IMG/VR virus record: IMGVR_UViG_3300015375_000848
From: an uncultured virus (IMG/VR IMGVR_UViG_3300015375_000848)
Taxonomy: Duplodnaviria > Heunggongvirae > Uroviricota > Caudoviricetes
Reading direction: 5' to 3' (one strand)
Length of the DNA: 64,000 nt
The notes under the pieces were generated by a model, which was given only the letters and a program-made list of their open reading frames with translations, was not told where the DNA came from and did no database searches. Shown one piece after another: positions 1 through 8,595 of the stretch. Within the stretch, counting starts at the first letter, position 1, and each line of letters begins with the position of its first letter. A program made the position numbers and the translations under genes.

Positions 1-42
1 AAACTAAAAAAAGTTGAAAAAAAACTAAAAAAAGTTGAAAAA
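1..42. repeat. Tandem 21-bp direct repeat (AAACTAAAAAAAGTTGAAAAA x2), possibly continuing beyond the window edge
   Basis: Exact 21-bp period read directly at 1-21 and 22-42. Confidence 0.9.
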
Positions 43-45
43 AAA

Positions 46-76
46 TTTGATAGTCTGGTTTTGGGGTGTATCTTCA
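46..76 (+). promoter_or_regulatory. Bacteroidota-type promoter (TTTG-N19-TAtcTTCA)
   Basis: TTTG at 46-49, 19-bp spacer, near-consensus -7 box at 69-76, upstream of ORF 116. Confidence 0.55.
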
Positions 77-115
77 CACTGTCAATAACGACAATAACCA
101 CAAAAAACACAAACC

Positions 116-496
116 ATGAAAAAAGCAATCTTAATCAACGTTGAAGCCCAGACTATCACTGAAACCACTATTGGGCACTATTCCGACATTTACACAGCCA
201 TCGGAAACGGCTGCAACACTTTTAAGTGCCCCGTTCAGCTAGAAAACGGGGACACCGTTTATGTTGACGAAAGCGGGCTGTATCATGACCCTAAAGGCTG
301 TTTCATAATGACTAACTGGGGCTACCCAGTTTTAGGAAACGCTATCATTCTGGGGTCTGACGATGAGGGAGAGTCCGTTGACTGCAAAAGCACCGTAGAG
401 GAGCTTAAAGCCAAAGTCAAGTTTTATGATGAGGCTGTAGCCAAAGCATGGGCTGAAAAGGTATTATCTACCCCACCTCAAATAATAGCCTATTAA
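116..496 (+). CDS. Phage early protein, DUF3846-like
   Basis: Pattern KAILI..DTVYVDESGL..P..GNAII.G.D.EGE..D resembles DUF3846-type phage proteins (recalled). Confidence 0.55.
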   Translation: MKKAILINVEAQTITETTIGHYSDIYTAIGNGCNTFKCPVQLENGDTVYVDESGLYHDPKGCFIMTNWGYPVLGNAIILGSDDEGESVDCKSTVEELKAKVKFYDEAVAKAWAEKVLSTPPQIIAY

Positions 497-501
497 TTTA
501 T

Positions 502-532
502 TTTGATTATTAATTAAATTTAATTAACTTAC
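502..532 (+). promoter_or_regulatory. Bacteroidota-type promoter (TTTG-N19-TAacTTAC)
   Basis: TTTG at 502-505, 19-bp spacer, -7-like box at 525-532. Confidence 0.5.
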
Positions 533-563
533 ATCTGAATTCAAAACCATAAAAATTAAAAAC

Positions 564-875
564 ATGAAAACTTTAGTTCACATCCACACACAGTATTTCG
601 AAAATTACAACTTCTATGATGGCGGTACTCCGCATTGGAAACCTAAAGGTGGTCACACCTTTACCATGCGAGTTGATGATGACCTCTTCTTGTATGAGAA
701 AGATGTTTGTATATCAGCCATAAAATCTTTACTTAAAGAGGAATCTAGCGATGCTTGCAGATATGAATATGTAGAGCATGAGTTGATATTCAGCGAGCCT
801 ACAGAGCTTAAAGGGTTTGAGGAGCGTGTAGATACTATGCTTCAAATCAAGTATGCAAGTCAACTTTCTAAATAA
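564..875 (+). CDS. Hypothetical phage protein (TQYxENY...HWKPKGG family)
   Basis: ORF with A-rich leader; TQY.ENY / HWKPKGG is a motif I recall from small phage proteins. Confidence 0.7.
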   Translation: MKTLVHIHTQYFENYNFYDGGTPHWKPKGGHTFTMRVDDDLFLYEKDVCISAIKSLLKEESSDACRYEYVEHELIFSEPTELKGFEERVDTMLQIKYASQLSK

Positions 876-893
876 CCATAAAAATTCAAAACC

Positions 894-998
894 ATGAAAT
901 TAGAAATTTCAACAGCGCAAATTGAAGCAGCCTTTGAAGGTGTAATTATAAAAGAAAAAGGGGTGGCAGTTGCCACCTTTATCTGGTGCTTAAACTAA
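894..998 (+). CDS. Possible 34-aa ORF (MKLEISTAQIEAAF...)
   Basis: Preceded by the same ACCATAAAAAT leader as its neighbours; contains a hairpin. Confidence 0.35.
   Translation: MKLEISTAQIEAAFEGVIIKEKGVAVATFIWCLN
957..982 (+). terminator. Hairpin GGTGGCA-GT-TGCCACC followed by TTTAT
   Basis: Inverted repeat seen directly. Confidence 0.45.
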
Positions 999-1023
999 TT
1001 TTAAACCATAAAAATTAAAACAA

Positions 1024-1278
1024 ATGAAAACCGTTTTTACCGAAGCCGAATTAAGAGAGTTCGTAAGAAAAAAGATTGCCCAACTTGAGGGTAGCAACAT
1101 TCTGTTAGCAGCCCGAAAGGATGATTATCGCCTAGACCTGAACGATGATGAAAAGGGCGATATCATCGCAATAGCTAATAAAGCAGCTGATAAGTTCCTA
1201 GATATGGGTAAGGAGGCTGGATTCATTGAAGGGCAGCTACAGTTTCTAAAAGAGTTTAATAATCTGATTGAAATATAA
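1024..1278 (+). CDS. Hypothetical protein
   Basis: ORF with the conserved A-rich leader. Confidence 0.7.
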   Translation: MKTVFTEAELREFVRKKIAQLEGSNILLAARKDDYRLDLNDDEKGDIIAIANKAADKFLDMGKEAGFIEGQLQFLKEFNNLIEI

Positions 1279-1315
1279 TTAAAATCTATTACTTTTATAT
1301 CCTAAAATAAAACCA

Positions 1316-1423
1316 ATGAAAAAAACAAACCAGTATCAAAAAGAAAGCCTCTCTCCTTTAGTAGCCACTATAGGGTTAATCGCAATCATCATTTTCGGTA
1401 TGCTTGCTGATAATTTAATTTAA
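1316..1423 (+). CDS. 35-aa membrane microprotein (MKKTNQYQKESLSPLVATIGLIAIIIFGMLADNLI)
   Basis: Manual translation; single hydrophobic segment; follows a promoter-like ATTG-N19-TActTTTA at 1267-1297. Confidence 0.5.
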   Translation: MKKTNQYQKESLSPLVATIGLIAIIIFGMLADNLI

Positions 1424-1436
1424 TTAATCTACTACA

Positions 1437-1616
1437 ATGCAAAACAGCGAAAAAAAACAATGCTGTCTATGTGGAGACACTATAGACGGGTATGGGAACA
1501 ATCCTAGTCCTTTATGTCAAAATGAAACGGACAGATGTTGTGACCACTGTAACTACGAAAAAGTTATTCCAGCAAGAATCAATCAAATTTTCCAAAACCA
1601 TAAAAATCAAGATTAA
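1437..1616 (+). CDS. 59-aa zinc-finger protein (CCLCG..GYGNNP.P..CCDHCN..VIPAR)
   Basis: Manual translation; two CxxC pairs; stop lies 1 nt before the DUF932 start; absent from the ORF track because it is under 60 aa. Confidence 0.8.
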   Translation: MQNSEKKQCCLCGDTIDGYGNNPSPLCQNETDRCCDHCNYEKVIPARINQIFQNHKNQD

Positions 1617-1617
1617 A

Positions 1618-2613
1618 ATGGCACATCAATTAAACTTCGACAAACGCACTGGTAAATGGTCTTTTGCTTCTCATGCTGAAAAAGCATGGCACGGGCTAGG
1701 ACAAATTGTTGACAAGGCTATGACGGCTGAAGAGGCTATCAAAAACGCAAACCTAGACTATGAAGTAGACAAGGCTGCAATCACATTCACAAGTTCCAAT
1801 TCTGTAACCAATCAAATAGAGGGTATCTATGCTACCTACAGAAAAGACAATAGCGACTATCTGGGTCTAGTTCGTAGCCGTTATGAAATCGTTCAGAATA
1901 GGGATGCCTTCGGCTTTTTTGATACAATCGTACATGAAGGGGAGGCTATTTTTGAAACGGCTGGAGTTCTGGGTAAGGGCGAGAGAATCTTCTTGCTTGC
2001 CAAGCTTCCTGATGACTTTGAAATAGCTGGCGAAAAGATTGAGAAGTATATCCTTTTAACCAACAGCCACGATGGAAGCAGCTCTGTTGTAGCGGGTCTA
2101 ACCAACGTCCGTGTAGTATGCAATAATACGCTTCAGGCTGCCCTTTCTGGGCTTGAAAACAAGGTTTCCATCAAACATACCAACGGGGTTCAAGATAGGC
2201 TAAAAGAAGCTCATAGGGTCATGGGAATAGCCTCCAAGTACAACAAAGAGGTAGAGCAAATTTTCTCCCAAATGGTAGACGTAAAGATGGACGAAGGACA
2301 GTATCGTGACTACTTCACTAAAGTCCTAGCTCCTGAATATAAAGCCAAGTCAACTGAAGAGCAAGCCGAAATGAGCACCAGACTTAAAAACATGGTTGAA
2401 GCTACTACCCAGTTTGCCTACACCCATCCTACTCAAATTACCAATCCAGCTAATGGTACACTTTGGGGTGCATACAATGCAATCTCTGGTTATTATAACT
2501 ATATCAAACCTTACGATAGCCAAGAGAAGAAGTTTTACAGCCAGTTTTTCGGAGCTGCCAATAACAAGATGATTAAATCATTTGATGAAGCAGTTGCTGT
2601 TCTGAAAGGTTAA
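1618..2613 (+). CDS. DUF932 family phage/plasmid protein (TIGR03299-like)
   Basis: AWHGLG, Y..VQN..AF.F, ETAG.L..G, NSHDGS, RVVCNNTL, H T, GTLWGAYNA motifs; true start is MAHQ at 1618. Confidence 0.9.
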   Translation: MAHQLNFDKRTGKWSFASHAEKAWHGLGQIVDKAMTAEEAIKNANLDYEVDKAAITFTSSNSVTNQIEGIYATYRKDNSDYLGLVRSRYEIVQNRDAFGFFDTIVHEGEAIFETAGVLGKGERIFLLAKLPDDFEIAGEKIEKYILLTNSHDGSSSVVAGLTNVRVVCNNTLQAALSGLENKVSIKHTNGVQDRLKEAHRVMGIASKYNKEVEQIFSQMVDVKMDEGQYRDYFTKVLAPEYKAKSTEEQAEMSTRLKNMVEATTQFAYTHPTQITNPANGTLWGAYNAISGYYNYIKPYDSQEKKFYSQFFGAANNKMIKSFDEAVAVLKG

Positions 2614-2643
2614 GGTAGGGGGCAAGTCCCCCTCCTTTTATTT
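2612..2643 (+). terminator. Rho-independent terminator
   Basis: AGG-T-AGGGGG / CCCCCT-CCT stem followed by TTTTATTT immediately after the stop. Confidence 0.7.
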
Positions 2644-2650
2644 AATTTAT

Positions 2651-2836
2651 ATGAAACTATTAAAGTCTGTTTATACAGATAATCAAGGTAATGTCTGGGA
2701 AATTCAAAAACAATCTTTGCCTAAAAAGAAAGGACAATATAATTATTGGATTGCCGAATGCCATACTAAAAACCTTGCTTATAAGGAAAAACTTAAAAGA
2801 GATATAATCAAAATTCTTAAATCAATTACTATATGA
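2651..2836 (+). CDS. Hypothetical protein
   Basis: ORF track; co-oriented and compactly packed. Confidence 0.6.
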   Translation: MKLLKSVYTDNQGNVWEIQKQSLPKKKGQYNYWIAECHTKNLAYKEKLKRDIIKILKSITI

Positions 2837-2955
2837 ATCTTACTGAAGAGGATATTAGGTCAGCCGTAGATATTGAGGCTAGCTTTTCTGAATTTGAATT
2901 TACCGCAAGGCTTACGGGTCAATGCGACTTATATTTTTGGGGAATTAAAAAATAA
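2833..2955 (+). CDS. Possible 40-aa ORF (MNLTEEDIRSAVD...)
   Basis: ATGA overlap with the upstream stop; fills the gap. Confidence 0.4.
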   Translation: MNLTEEDIRSAVDIEASFSEFEFTARLTGQCDLYFWGIKK

Positions 2956-2972
2956 CAATAAAAATTAAAAAA

Positions 2973-3533
2973 ATGAAACATTTAATTATTGCTTTAGCAA
3001 TCTTATTCAGCACTTTTACTTTTGGGCAAACGTTTGATGGTGTCCCTATTTCTGGAGACTTACCTACAGCAATCTCAAAATTCAAATCCAAAGGTTACAC
3101 TGTATATAAAACCTATGAACAAGGTGTATCATTAAAAGGAAGAGTAGCTAGCCGTAACGTAGAGCTATACATATTTGTAACTCCAAAAACAAGGAAGGTT
3201 TTTAAAATGGTTGTTTATTTAGCAGAAGAGACTAGCTGGTATAGTTTGAGACAGACTTATATTGAAATGGTTACTTCACTTAAAAATAAGTATGGGCAGC
3301 CTGACGAGGAAGAGGCAAAATTTATTACCCCTTACTATTTAGGAGACGGATATGAATTACAAGCTGTTAGCCAAGAAAAAATTGATTATCATGCCTATTG
3401 GTTTCGCAAAGATAATCTGACCATAGGTGTTGAAATATCTAAGTATAAGCAAGTAAAGCTTACTTATGAGAATAATATTATGATGGATTTAAAGGATAAA
3501 GAACAAGCCGAAATAGAGAATAACTCATTTTAA
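2973..3533 (+). CDS. Secreted protein with signal peptide, Bacteroidota-type
   Basis: MKHLIIALAILFSTFTFG-Q signal peptide with Gln at +1, typical of Bacteroidota; F.GVPI.G....F..K motif. Confidence 0.75.
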   Translation: MKHLIIALAILFSTFTFGQTFDGVPISGDLPTAISKFKSKGYTVYKTYEQGVSLKGRVASRNVELYIFVTPKTRKVFKMVVYLAEETSWYSLRQTYIEMVTSLKNKYGQPDEEEAKFITPYYLGDGYELQAVSQEKIDYHAYWFRKDNLTIGVEISKYKQVKLTYENNIMMDLKDKEQAEIENNSF

Positions 3534-3539
3534 TTACAT

Positions 3540-3725
3540 ATGACAAAATCCGAGTTCAATAGCTTCTCAATGCTTGAGATTGAAAATGAGCTATTAAGAA
3601 AAAAAATAGCCGATGCTAATAATCGTATTGAAAGCATGCAAATCACCATAGATTCATTAACTGATTTAATTTCAAAAAAAGATGAAAACAAAAGAGAAGA
3701 CCTACAACCGCAGCAAGTTAGGTAA
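3540..3725 (+). CDS. Small coiled-coil protein
   Basis: Heptad-like composition. Confidence 0.55.
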   Translation: MTKSEFNSFSMLEIENELLRKKIADANNRIESMQITIDSLTDLISKKDENKREDLQPQQVR

Positions 3726-3909
3726 GCTTTTAGATGAAAAAGATTTAACCCTTAAGGAATTTGCAAGTATGGTTTTTGATAAAACTGGGTATTTTATTCA
3801 TATCACGAACCTATCCAACTATTGCACTGGTTTTCGAGAAATTAGAAGGATAGATACCGCTAAATATTTTGCAGAAACCCTTGATGTCCCAGTTACTGAT
3901 ATCATATGA
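3682..3909 (+). CDS. XRE-family helix-turn-helix regulator
   Basis: LTLKEFA...LSNYCTG.R....TA...AETLDVPV pattern. Confidence 0.8.
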   Translation: MKTKEKTYNRSKLGKLLDEKDLTLKEFASMVFDKTGYFIHITNLSNYCTGFREIRRIDTAKYFAETLDVPVTDII

Positions 3910-4238
3910 AAGACACGGTGTATAAAACTATAGAGTACTTAAATTCCGTTACTGGAAGCGACTATTCTAATAATTTTCCAGCAACCGTTAATGCCTTAAA
4001 TAATCTTATTGCTATGGGCTACGGACTTCCTGATTTTAAGAAAGTTATAGATAAAAAGTGGCAGCACTGGAAGGGCACCAAATATCAGAACTATGTTAGA
4101 CCATCCACCCTTTTCGGGAAAAACTTTGAAAACTATTTAAATGAACAACGAAATCCAAAAAACTCCTTCGAACAACTCAAGAGCAGTGTCAGTAAAGCAA
4201 AACAAGCTAATTGGAGACTGGATTCAAAACGAGATTGA
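3906..4238 (+). CDS. Replication initiator-like protein (conserved phage C-terminal domain, Phg_2220_C)
   Basis: YLN..TG..Y, GY...DFKKVIDKK...W, Y.RPSTLF..NFE.YLNE. Confidence 0.85.
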   Translation: MKDTVYKTIEYLNSVTGSDYSNNFPATVNALNNLIAMGYGLPDFKKVIDKKWQHWKGTKYQNYVRPSTLFGKNFENYLNEQRNPKNSFEQLKSSVSKAKQANWRLDSKRD

Positions 4239-4986
4239 ATACGAGGTAGCTAAGACCTTTAATGAAAAAAGGATTGGCGATTACACTAAAGAGGATATGA
4301 CTAAGCTTGTAGAGCTCATGGCTCACTGGCGAGTGCTTTTAGGTGTAACTAGCGATTCAACTGAAATTGAACTGGTTGTAATATGTCAGTTTGTTTACGA
4401 CAACTTTAAAAAGTATAGTTTGGCGGATATTAGACTAGCCATGAATTGGGCTATTGCTGGAAGGGTTGATATCGGTTTTGTAAGCCAAAAAAGTCTATCT
4501 AGCTTTTATGTAAGTAAAGTATTAAACGCATATGACGATAGGAAAAGAGAAATCGTAAACGAATTCATGGAGAGAAGGGATAGACACTTGAGGAGGCTTG
4601 AAATAGATAAAAAAACGGAGCCTACACCTGAAGAAAAGGCAAATACATTCAAAGAGATGATTTTGGGTATCTACAAATCTTATCAAAACAATCAGCCTTT
4701 CTATGACTTTAATGACTTCGTTTACAACTGGTTAAAGAGCACTGGTCAAATTCAAGCAAGCCAAGAGGATATTAACGCAGCCGTATTTTATGGTCAAGAA
4801 AAGTATAGAGAAGAGCGAAGGCAAAAAAACGCTGCTAATATTTTAAAGCAGATTGTTGACATGGATGTTCCAGAAAACAAAGAAGAACGGCAAAAAAAGT
4901 ATGCGAGGGAGTACATTATAAAAAAATACTTCGACAAGTATACTATCGGAGAAATCATTTCTAAAATAAAACCAAGCCAGTTTTAG
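4141..4986 (+). CDS. Putative replication accessory protein (helicase-loader position)
   Basis: Overlaps the initiator gene, as in O/P-type pairs; no motif recognised. Confidence 0.45.
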   Translation: MNNEIQKTPSNNSRAVSVKQNKLIGDWIQNEIEYEVAKTFNEKRIGDYTKEDMTKLVELMAHWRVLLGVTSDSTEIELVVICQFVYDNFKKYSLADIRLAMNWAIAGRVDIGFVSQKSLSSFYVSKVLNAYDDRKREIVNEFMERRDRHLRRLEIDKKTEPTPEEKANTFKEMILGIYKSYQNNQPFYDFNDFVYNWLKSTGQIQASQEDINAAVFYGQEKYREERRQKNAANILKQIVDMDVPENKEERQKKYAREYIIKKYFDKYTIGEIISKIKPSQF

Positions 4987-5040
4987 TAAAAATTTGCGTA
5001 AAGTAGTGAAAAACAATACTTATTGCAAAAATTAACTCTT

Positions 5041-5226
5041 ATGGAAATCCAAACTATCACACCAGACGAAATTAAACAAGCATCGGTAGATTATGCAAAA
5101 ACACATTACCACGAAATTGAAAGCCAGCGGGTCTGTTGCGAAGCAGATTTTAGAGCTGGAGTAGCATGGACACTTGAAATTATAAAACAAAAAACCAATA
5201 AAAATGATAGTACAAACAATCCATGA
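5041..5226 (+). CDS. Hypothetical protein
   Basis: ORF; DF.AG..W motif common in small phage proteins. Confidence 0.6.
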   Translation: MEIQTITPDEIKQASVDYAKTHYHEIESQRVCCEADFRAGVAWTLEIIKQKTNKNDSTNNP

Positions 5227-5425
5227 AATATTAAACCCGTTTGACGTAGAAACTCCTCTAGGTTACGGGGTCGCCCTTTTTATGATATCAGGCTCCATAC
5301 ACTCAAACCCCCAGTTCGTTGTTAGATTATATAACTCTGGAATTGTAAGAACCGTAGACCAGAACGATATTAAGATTTACGGAAACCCAACAACGGGAGA
5401 GAAGTTAACACCAGAAGGTAATTAA
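5204..5425 (+). CDS. Hypothetical phage protein
   Basis: V.TPLG.G.A..M..GNPT pattern. Confidence 0.65.
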   Translation: MIVQTIHEILNPFDVETPLGYGVALFMISGSIHSNPQFVVRLYNSGIVRTVDQNDIKIYGNPTTGEKLTPEGN

Positions 5426-5438
5426 AATAAATTAACAA

Positions 5439-7067
5439 ATGAGCTTAATAGTTGTAAACGGAGATAATCTAGAACTCTTAAAAAAATATCCAGATAACTA
5501 TTTTGATGCCGTAGTTACTGACCCGCCATACGGTTTAGGTAAAGAGCCTGAAGCTGCTGAATTAATGAAAGACTGGATTGAGCACGGGTATCACGAAATA
5601 AGCGGTAGCGGTTTTATGGGAAAGGAGTGGGATGCTTTTGTGCCACAGCCCCTCTTCTGGAAAGAAGTTTTTAGGGTATTAAAGCACGGGGGGCACGTTG
5701 TAGCTTTTTATGGGACAAGGACTTACGATTGGGGGGTTATGGCTATGCGTTTTGCTGGGTTTGAGGTAAGGGATTGTATTCAGTGGCTTTACGGAAGTGG
5801 TTTTCCGAAGTCTCATAATATCAGCAAAGCAATAGATAAAATGTATGCTGCTGAAAGAGAAATTATAGGAGTTTCTAAAAATTGGCGTGAATCAAAGAGG
5901 GGTAGAGAAAAGTATGGAAAGATGGAAGTTAGAGGAGAAAATGCGGGTTTACTAACAAAATCTGCTACCGAAGAAGCAAAACAATGGGATGGTTGGGGTA
6001 GTGCCTTGAAACCCGCCAATGAGCCGATTGTACTTGCCCGTAAGCCGCTTGAAAAAGGTCTGTCAATAGCGGAAAATGTCCTGAAATGGGGAACGGGTGG
6101 GATTAATATAGATGGATGTAGGGTTGTATATTCTAAAGATGACCATGTTATGAAATATGAAGGTTACCAAAATGGAACATATAAAAGTGAGTATCAAGAA
6201 GGAACATCGTATAAACATGGCAATCAAGTTCAAATAAATCCTTCAGGTCGCTTCCCCGCAAACATAATACTTACCCACCACCCTGAATGTGAGTGCAAGG
6301 GGATTAAAAAAATAAAAGCGATAAAAGGGGGAACTGGAGAAGCAACGATGAAAAGCGGAATGGGTAAAAATGGTATATACGGGAAATACTCCCACGATAA
6401 GTTGGGAGACAATGCGGGTGGTCTTGGAGATGAAAACGGAGAGGAAACCGTAGAAGATTGGAATTGCCACCCCGACTGCCCAATTAAAATACTTGACGAG
6501 CAAAGCGGAATTAGTAAAAGTAATGATACAAAGAGAAATAGAAGCACATTAGGGTCTTTCGGTATGCCAAACGATGAAACACCTGAATATAGTGATAAAG
6601 GTGGTGCTTCCCGCTTCTTTTATGTGGCAAAGGCTTCAAAATCAGAAAGAAATAAAGGGTTAGAAGATTTTGATAAAAAACAAACAGTGGGTGGTGGTGG
6701 AGGGATTGGTAATTATTTGGACGATGTGAACTCCGCATCAGGTAAATACGGAAGTGAAAAAGCCCCAAGTCAAAACTTCCACCCCACCGTTAAGCCCGTA
6801 AAGCTGATGCAATACCTAGTTAGGCTTGTAACCCCACCTAGCGGAATAGTCCTTGACCCTTTTTGCGGAAGCGGAACTACTGGAATTGCATGTAAATTAG
6901 AAGGCTTTCAGTTTGTAGGAATGGAGCAAGACCCTGAATACGCTAAAATAGCTGAAGGTAGAATCATAAACTATAAAGAGGAAAAAGAAGAACCACTACA
7001 AGAAATAAAACAAGAGGACGGAAAGGATAAAGTAAAAAAATACATTCAGGCTAACCTTTTTAATTAA
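5439..7067 (+). CDS. DNA N4-cytosine/N6-adenine methyltransferase (beta class) with large insertions
   Basis: VTDPPY, W.YGSGFPKS, LKPA.EPI..ARKP, GRFPAN, HPTVKP, LDPFCGSGTTG. Confidence 0.95.
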   Translation: MSLIVVNGDNLELLKKYPDNYFDAVVTDPPYGLGKEPEAAELMKDWIEHGYHEISGSGFMGKEWDAFVPQPLFWKEVFRVLKHGGHVVAFYGTRTYDWGVMAMRFAGFEVRDCIQWLYGSGFPKSHNISKAIDKMYAAEREIIGVSKNWRESKRGREKYGKMEVRGENAGLLTKSATEEAKQWDGWGSALKPANEPIVLARKPLEKGLSIAENVLKWGTGGINIDGCRVVYSKDDHVMKYEGYQNGTYKSEYQEGTSYKHGNQVQINPSGRFPANIILTHHPECECKGIKKIKAIKGGTGEATMKSGMGKNGIYGKYSHDKLGDNAGGLGDENGEETVEDWNCHPDCPIKILDEQSGISKSNDTKRNRSTLGSFGMPNDETPEYSDKGGASRFFYVAKASKSERNKGLEDFDKKQTVGGGGGIGNYLDDVNSASGKYGSEKAPSQNFHPTVKPVKLMQYLVRLVTPPSGIVLDPFCGSGTTGIACKLEGFQFVGMEQDPEYAKIAEGRIINYKEEKEEPLQEIKQEDGKDKVKKYIQANLFN

Positions 7068-7077
7068 AATAAATTAT

Positions 7078-7359
7078 ATGTTAACAAGGGCACAGCAACT
7101 TGGTATTAAAGATTTCCCTTACAAGGAATATAATAAAAAGGGAAAGGTGACCTACTATGAGAGAGCTGATGGTTACTGGTGGAGGGCAGAATACCACAAA
7201 AACGGGTTTGAAACTTATCTAGAATTTTCAGATGGGTTATTCATGAAAAGAAAGTTTGATAAAAGAGGTAAACAGACCTACTTAGAAACTGCTACTGGAA
7301 TACACATAGATGAGAGAGGCAAAGTCATAAAAAGAGGTAGACCTAAAAAAACTAAATAA
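7078..7359 (+). CDS. Hypothetical beta-hairpin repeat protein
   Basis: Three EYxxxGxxTYxExxDG-like repeats. Confidence 0.65.
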   Translation: MLTRAQQLGIKDFPYKEYNKKGKVTYYERADGYWWRAEYHKNGFETYLEFSDGLFMKRKFDKRGKQTYLETATGIHIDERGKVIKRGRPKKTK

Positions 7360-7360
7360 T

Positions 7361-7609
7361 ATGAGTTCAGCTAAGAAAAAAGCAGAAGTAGAAAATCTTA
7401 AGCACTCAATGAGATGCTTGAAGGTTGTAGAAATCCTACATATCGTATCATTTGTACATAGGTCTTGTAGTCAGGAATTTAAAAATTTGCCAGAAAAGAA
7501 AAAAAATATTGAAATAGAAGCGTTTTTAAAGAATCACAAGTGGGCAGAAAACACCCTTTTAGATTTTGAAGAAAAATTAAAACAATATGCAATCAAAGCA
7601 AGAACTTGA
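7361..7609 (+). CDS. Hypothetical protein
   Basis: ORF track; tight packing. Confidence 0.55.
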   Translation: MSSAKKKAEVENLKHSMRCLKVVEILHIVSFVHRSCSQEFKNLPEKKKNIEIEAFLKNHKWAENTLLDFEEKLKQYAIKART

Positions 7610-8078
7610 AGACTGGTACTCCGAGCCTGATAGGTGGGGGTATTTTCAAAATCATTTTGATGGTATTCGCTTAAAACAAATCCTTAAACTATTAAACTGG
7701 GGTAAAAAAAGATATACCAGAGCCATAGATATTGGGTGCGGAGAAGGGTTCATTACCAAGCACTTGCCCGCTGATGAAATACACGGTTTAGACCTTGCGG
7801 ATAATGCCTTAAAACGCCTACCCCCCGCTGTCAAGGCTGTTAACGCCCCGATTGGAAAATATGACCTAGTGATAAGTACGGGAACGCTTTACAAACAGTA
7901 TGACCACGAAGCCATATACAAATTAATAATGGAATGTGCTTCCGAATTTATTCTGGTTGGGGGTATTGAGGATTGGCTAATAGATTATAATTTCAAGTCA
8001 AAAGTGCAAATGACCACTTTTCCATATCGTGATTATACTCAAAAATTAACCCTATATCATGTGGAGGCTAGCTCATAA
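7587..8078 (+). CDS. Class I SAM-dependent methyltransferase (NodS-like)
   Basis: Y...D.WGY N-terminus and IDIGCGEG motif I. Confidence 0.8.
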   Translation: MQSKQELEDWYSEPDRWGYFQNHFDGIRLKQILKLLNWGKKRYTRAIDIGCGEGFITKHLPADEIHGLDLADNALKRLPPAVKAVNAPIGKYDLVISTGTLYKQYDHEAIYKLIMECASEFILVGGIEDWLIDYNFKSKVQMTTFPYRDYTQKLTLYHVEASS

Positions 8079-8580
8079 CATAGGAACCGAACGGCACCCT
8101 AATTACAACACAATCGAACAGATTGCAGCTTGTACAGAGCCTATTGGCTTTGATGGGATATATAAAAATGTATACGAAAACAAGGAGATATTAAAGGATA
8201 AGGCTGGTATCTTCTTTGTTATGGGAAACTATATGGGTAAGGATAACACCTTTGACCTAGCCCACGTTCCAAAATTAGAAAAGTATTGTAACTGGGAAGA
8301 GATGTATGAAATGATTGATTTTCTGCCCAATTTTAAAATAGGATGGCACACTTGGTCTCACCCAGATTTAACCACCCTCTCAAAAGAGGCTATCATGAGA
8401 GAGATTACCCCACCTTATCCGATGGAGTTTTTTGCATATCCCTACGGTAGATTTAATGAACTTGTTGTTAGTTGCGTTATTGAAGCTGGATTTAAAAGTG
8501 CTTTTAGTGTTACGCAAGGAAGCACAAACATAAATGACCAAAATCATCAATATAAAATTTATAGGGATTACATTCGTTAA
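8059..8580 (+). CDS. Polysaccharide deacetylase (CE4/NodB-like)
   Basis: FDG.Y, HTWSHPDL, FAYPYG, AGF..AF motifs. Confidence 0.85.
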   Translation: MWRLAHNIGTERHPNYNTIEQIAACTEPIGFDGIYKNVYENKEILKDKAGIFFVMGNYMGKDNTFDLAHVPKLEKYCNWEEMYEMIDFLPNFKIGWHTWSHPDLTTLSKEAIMREITPPYPMEFFAYPYGRFNELVVSCVIEAGFKSAFSVTQGSTNINDQNHQYKIYRDYIR

Positions 8581-8595
8581 TTAAAATAAATTAAT

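Noticed and set aside
1492..1617. N-terminal extension of the DUF932 ORF given by the ORF track
   Set aside because: The region is better explained by the zinc-finger ORF 1437-1616; the conserved leader precedes the ATG at 1618.
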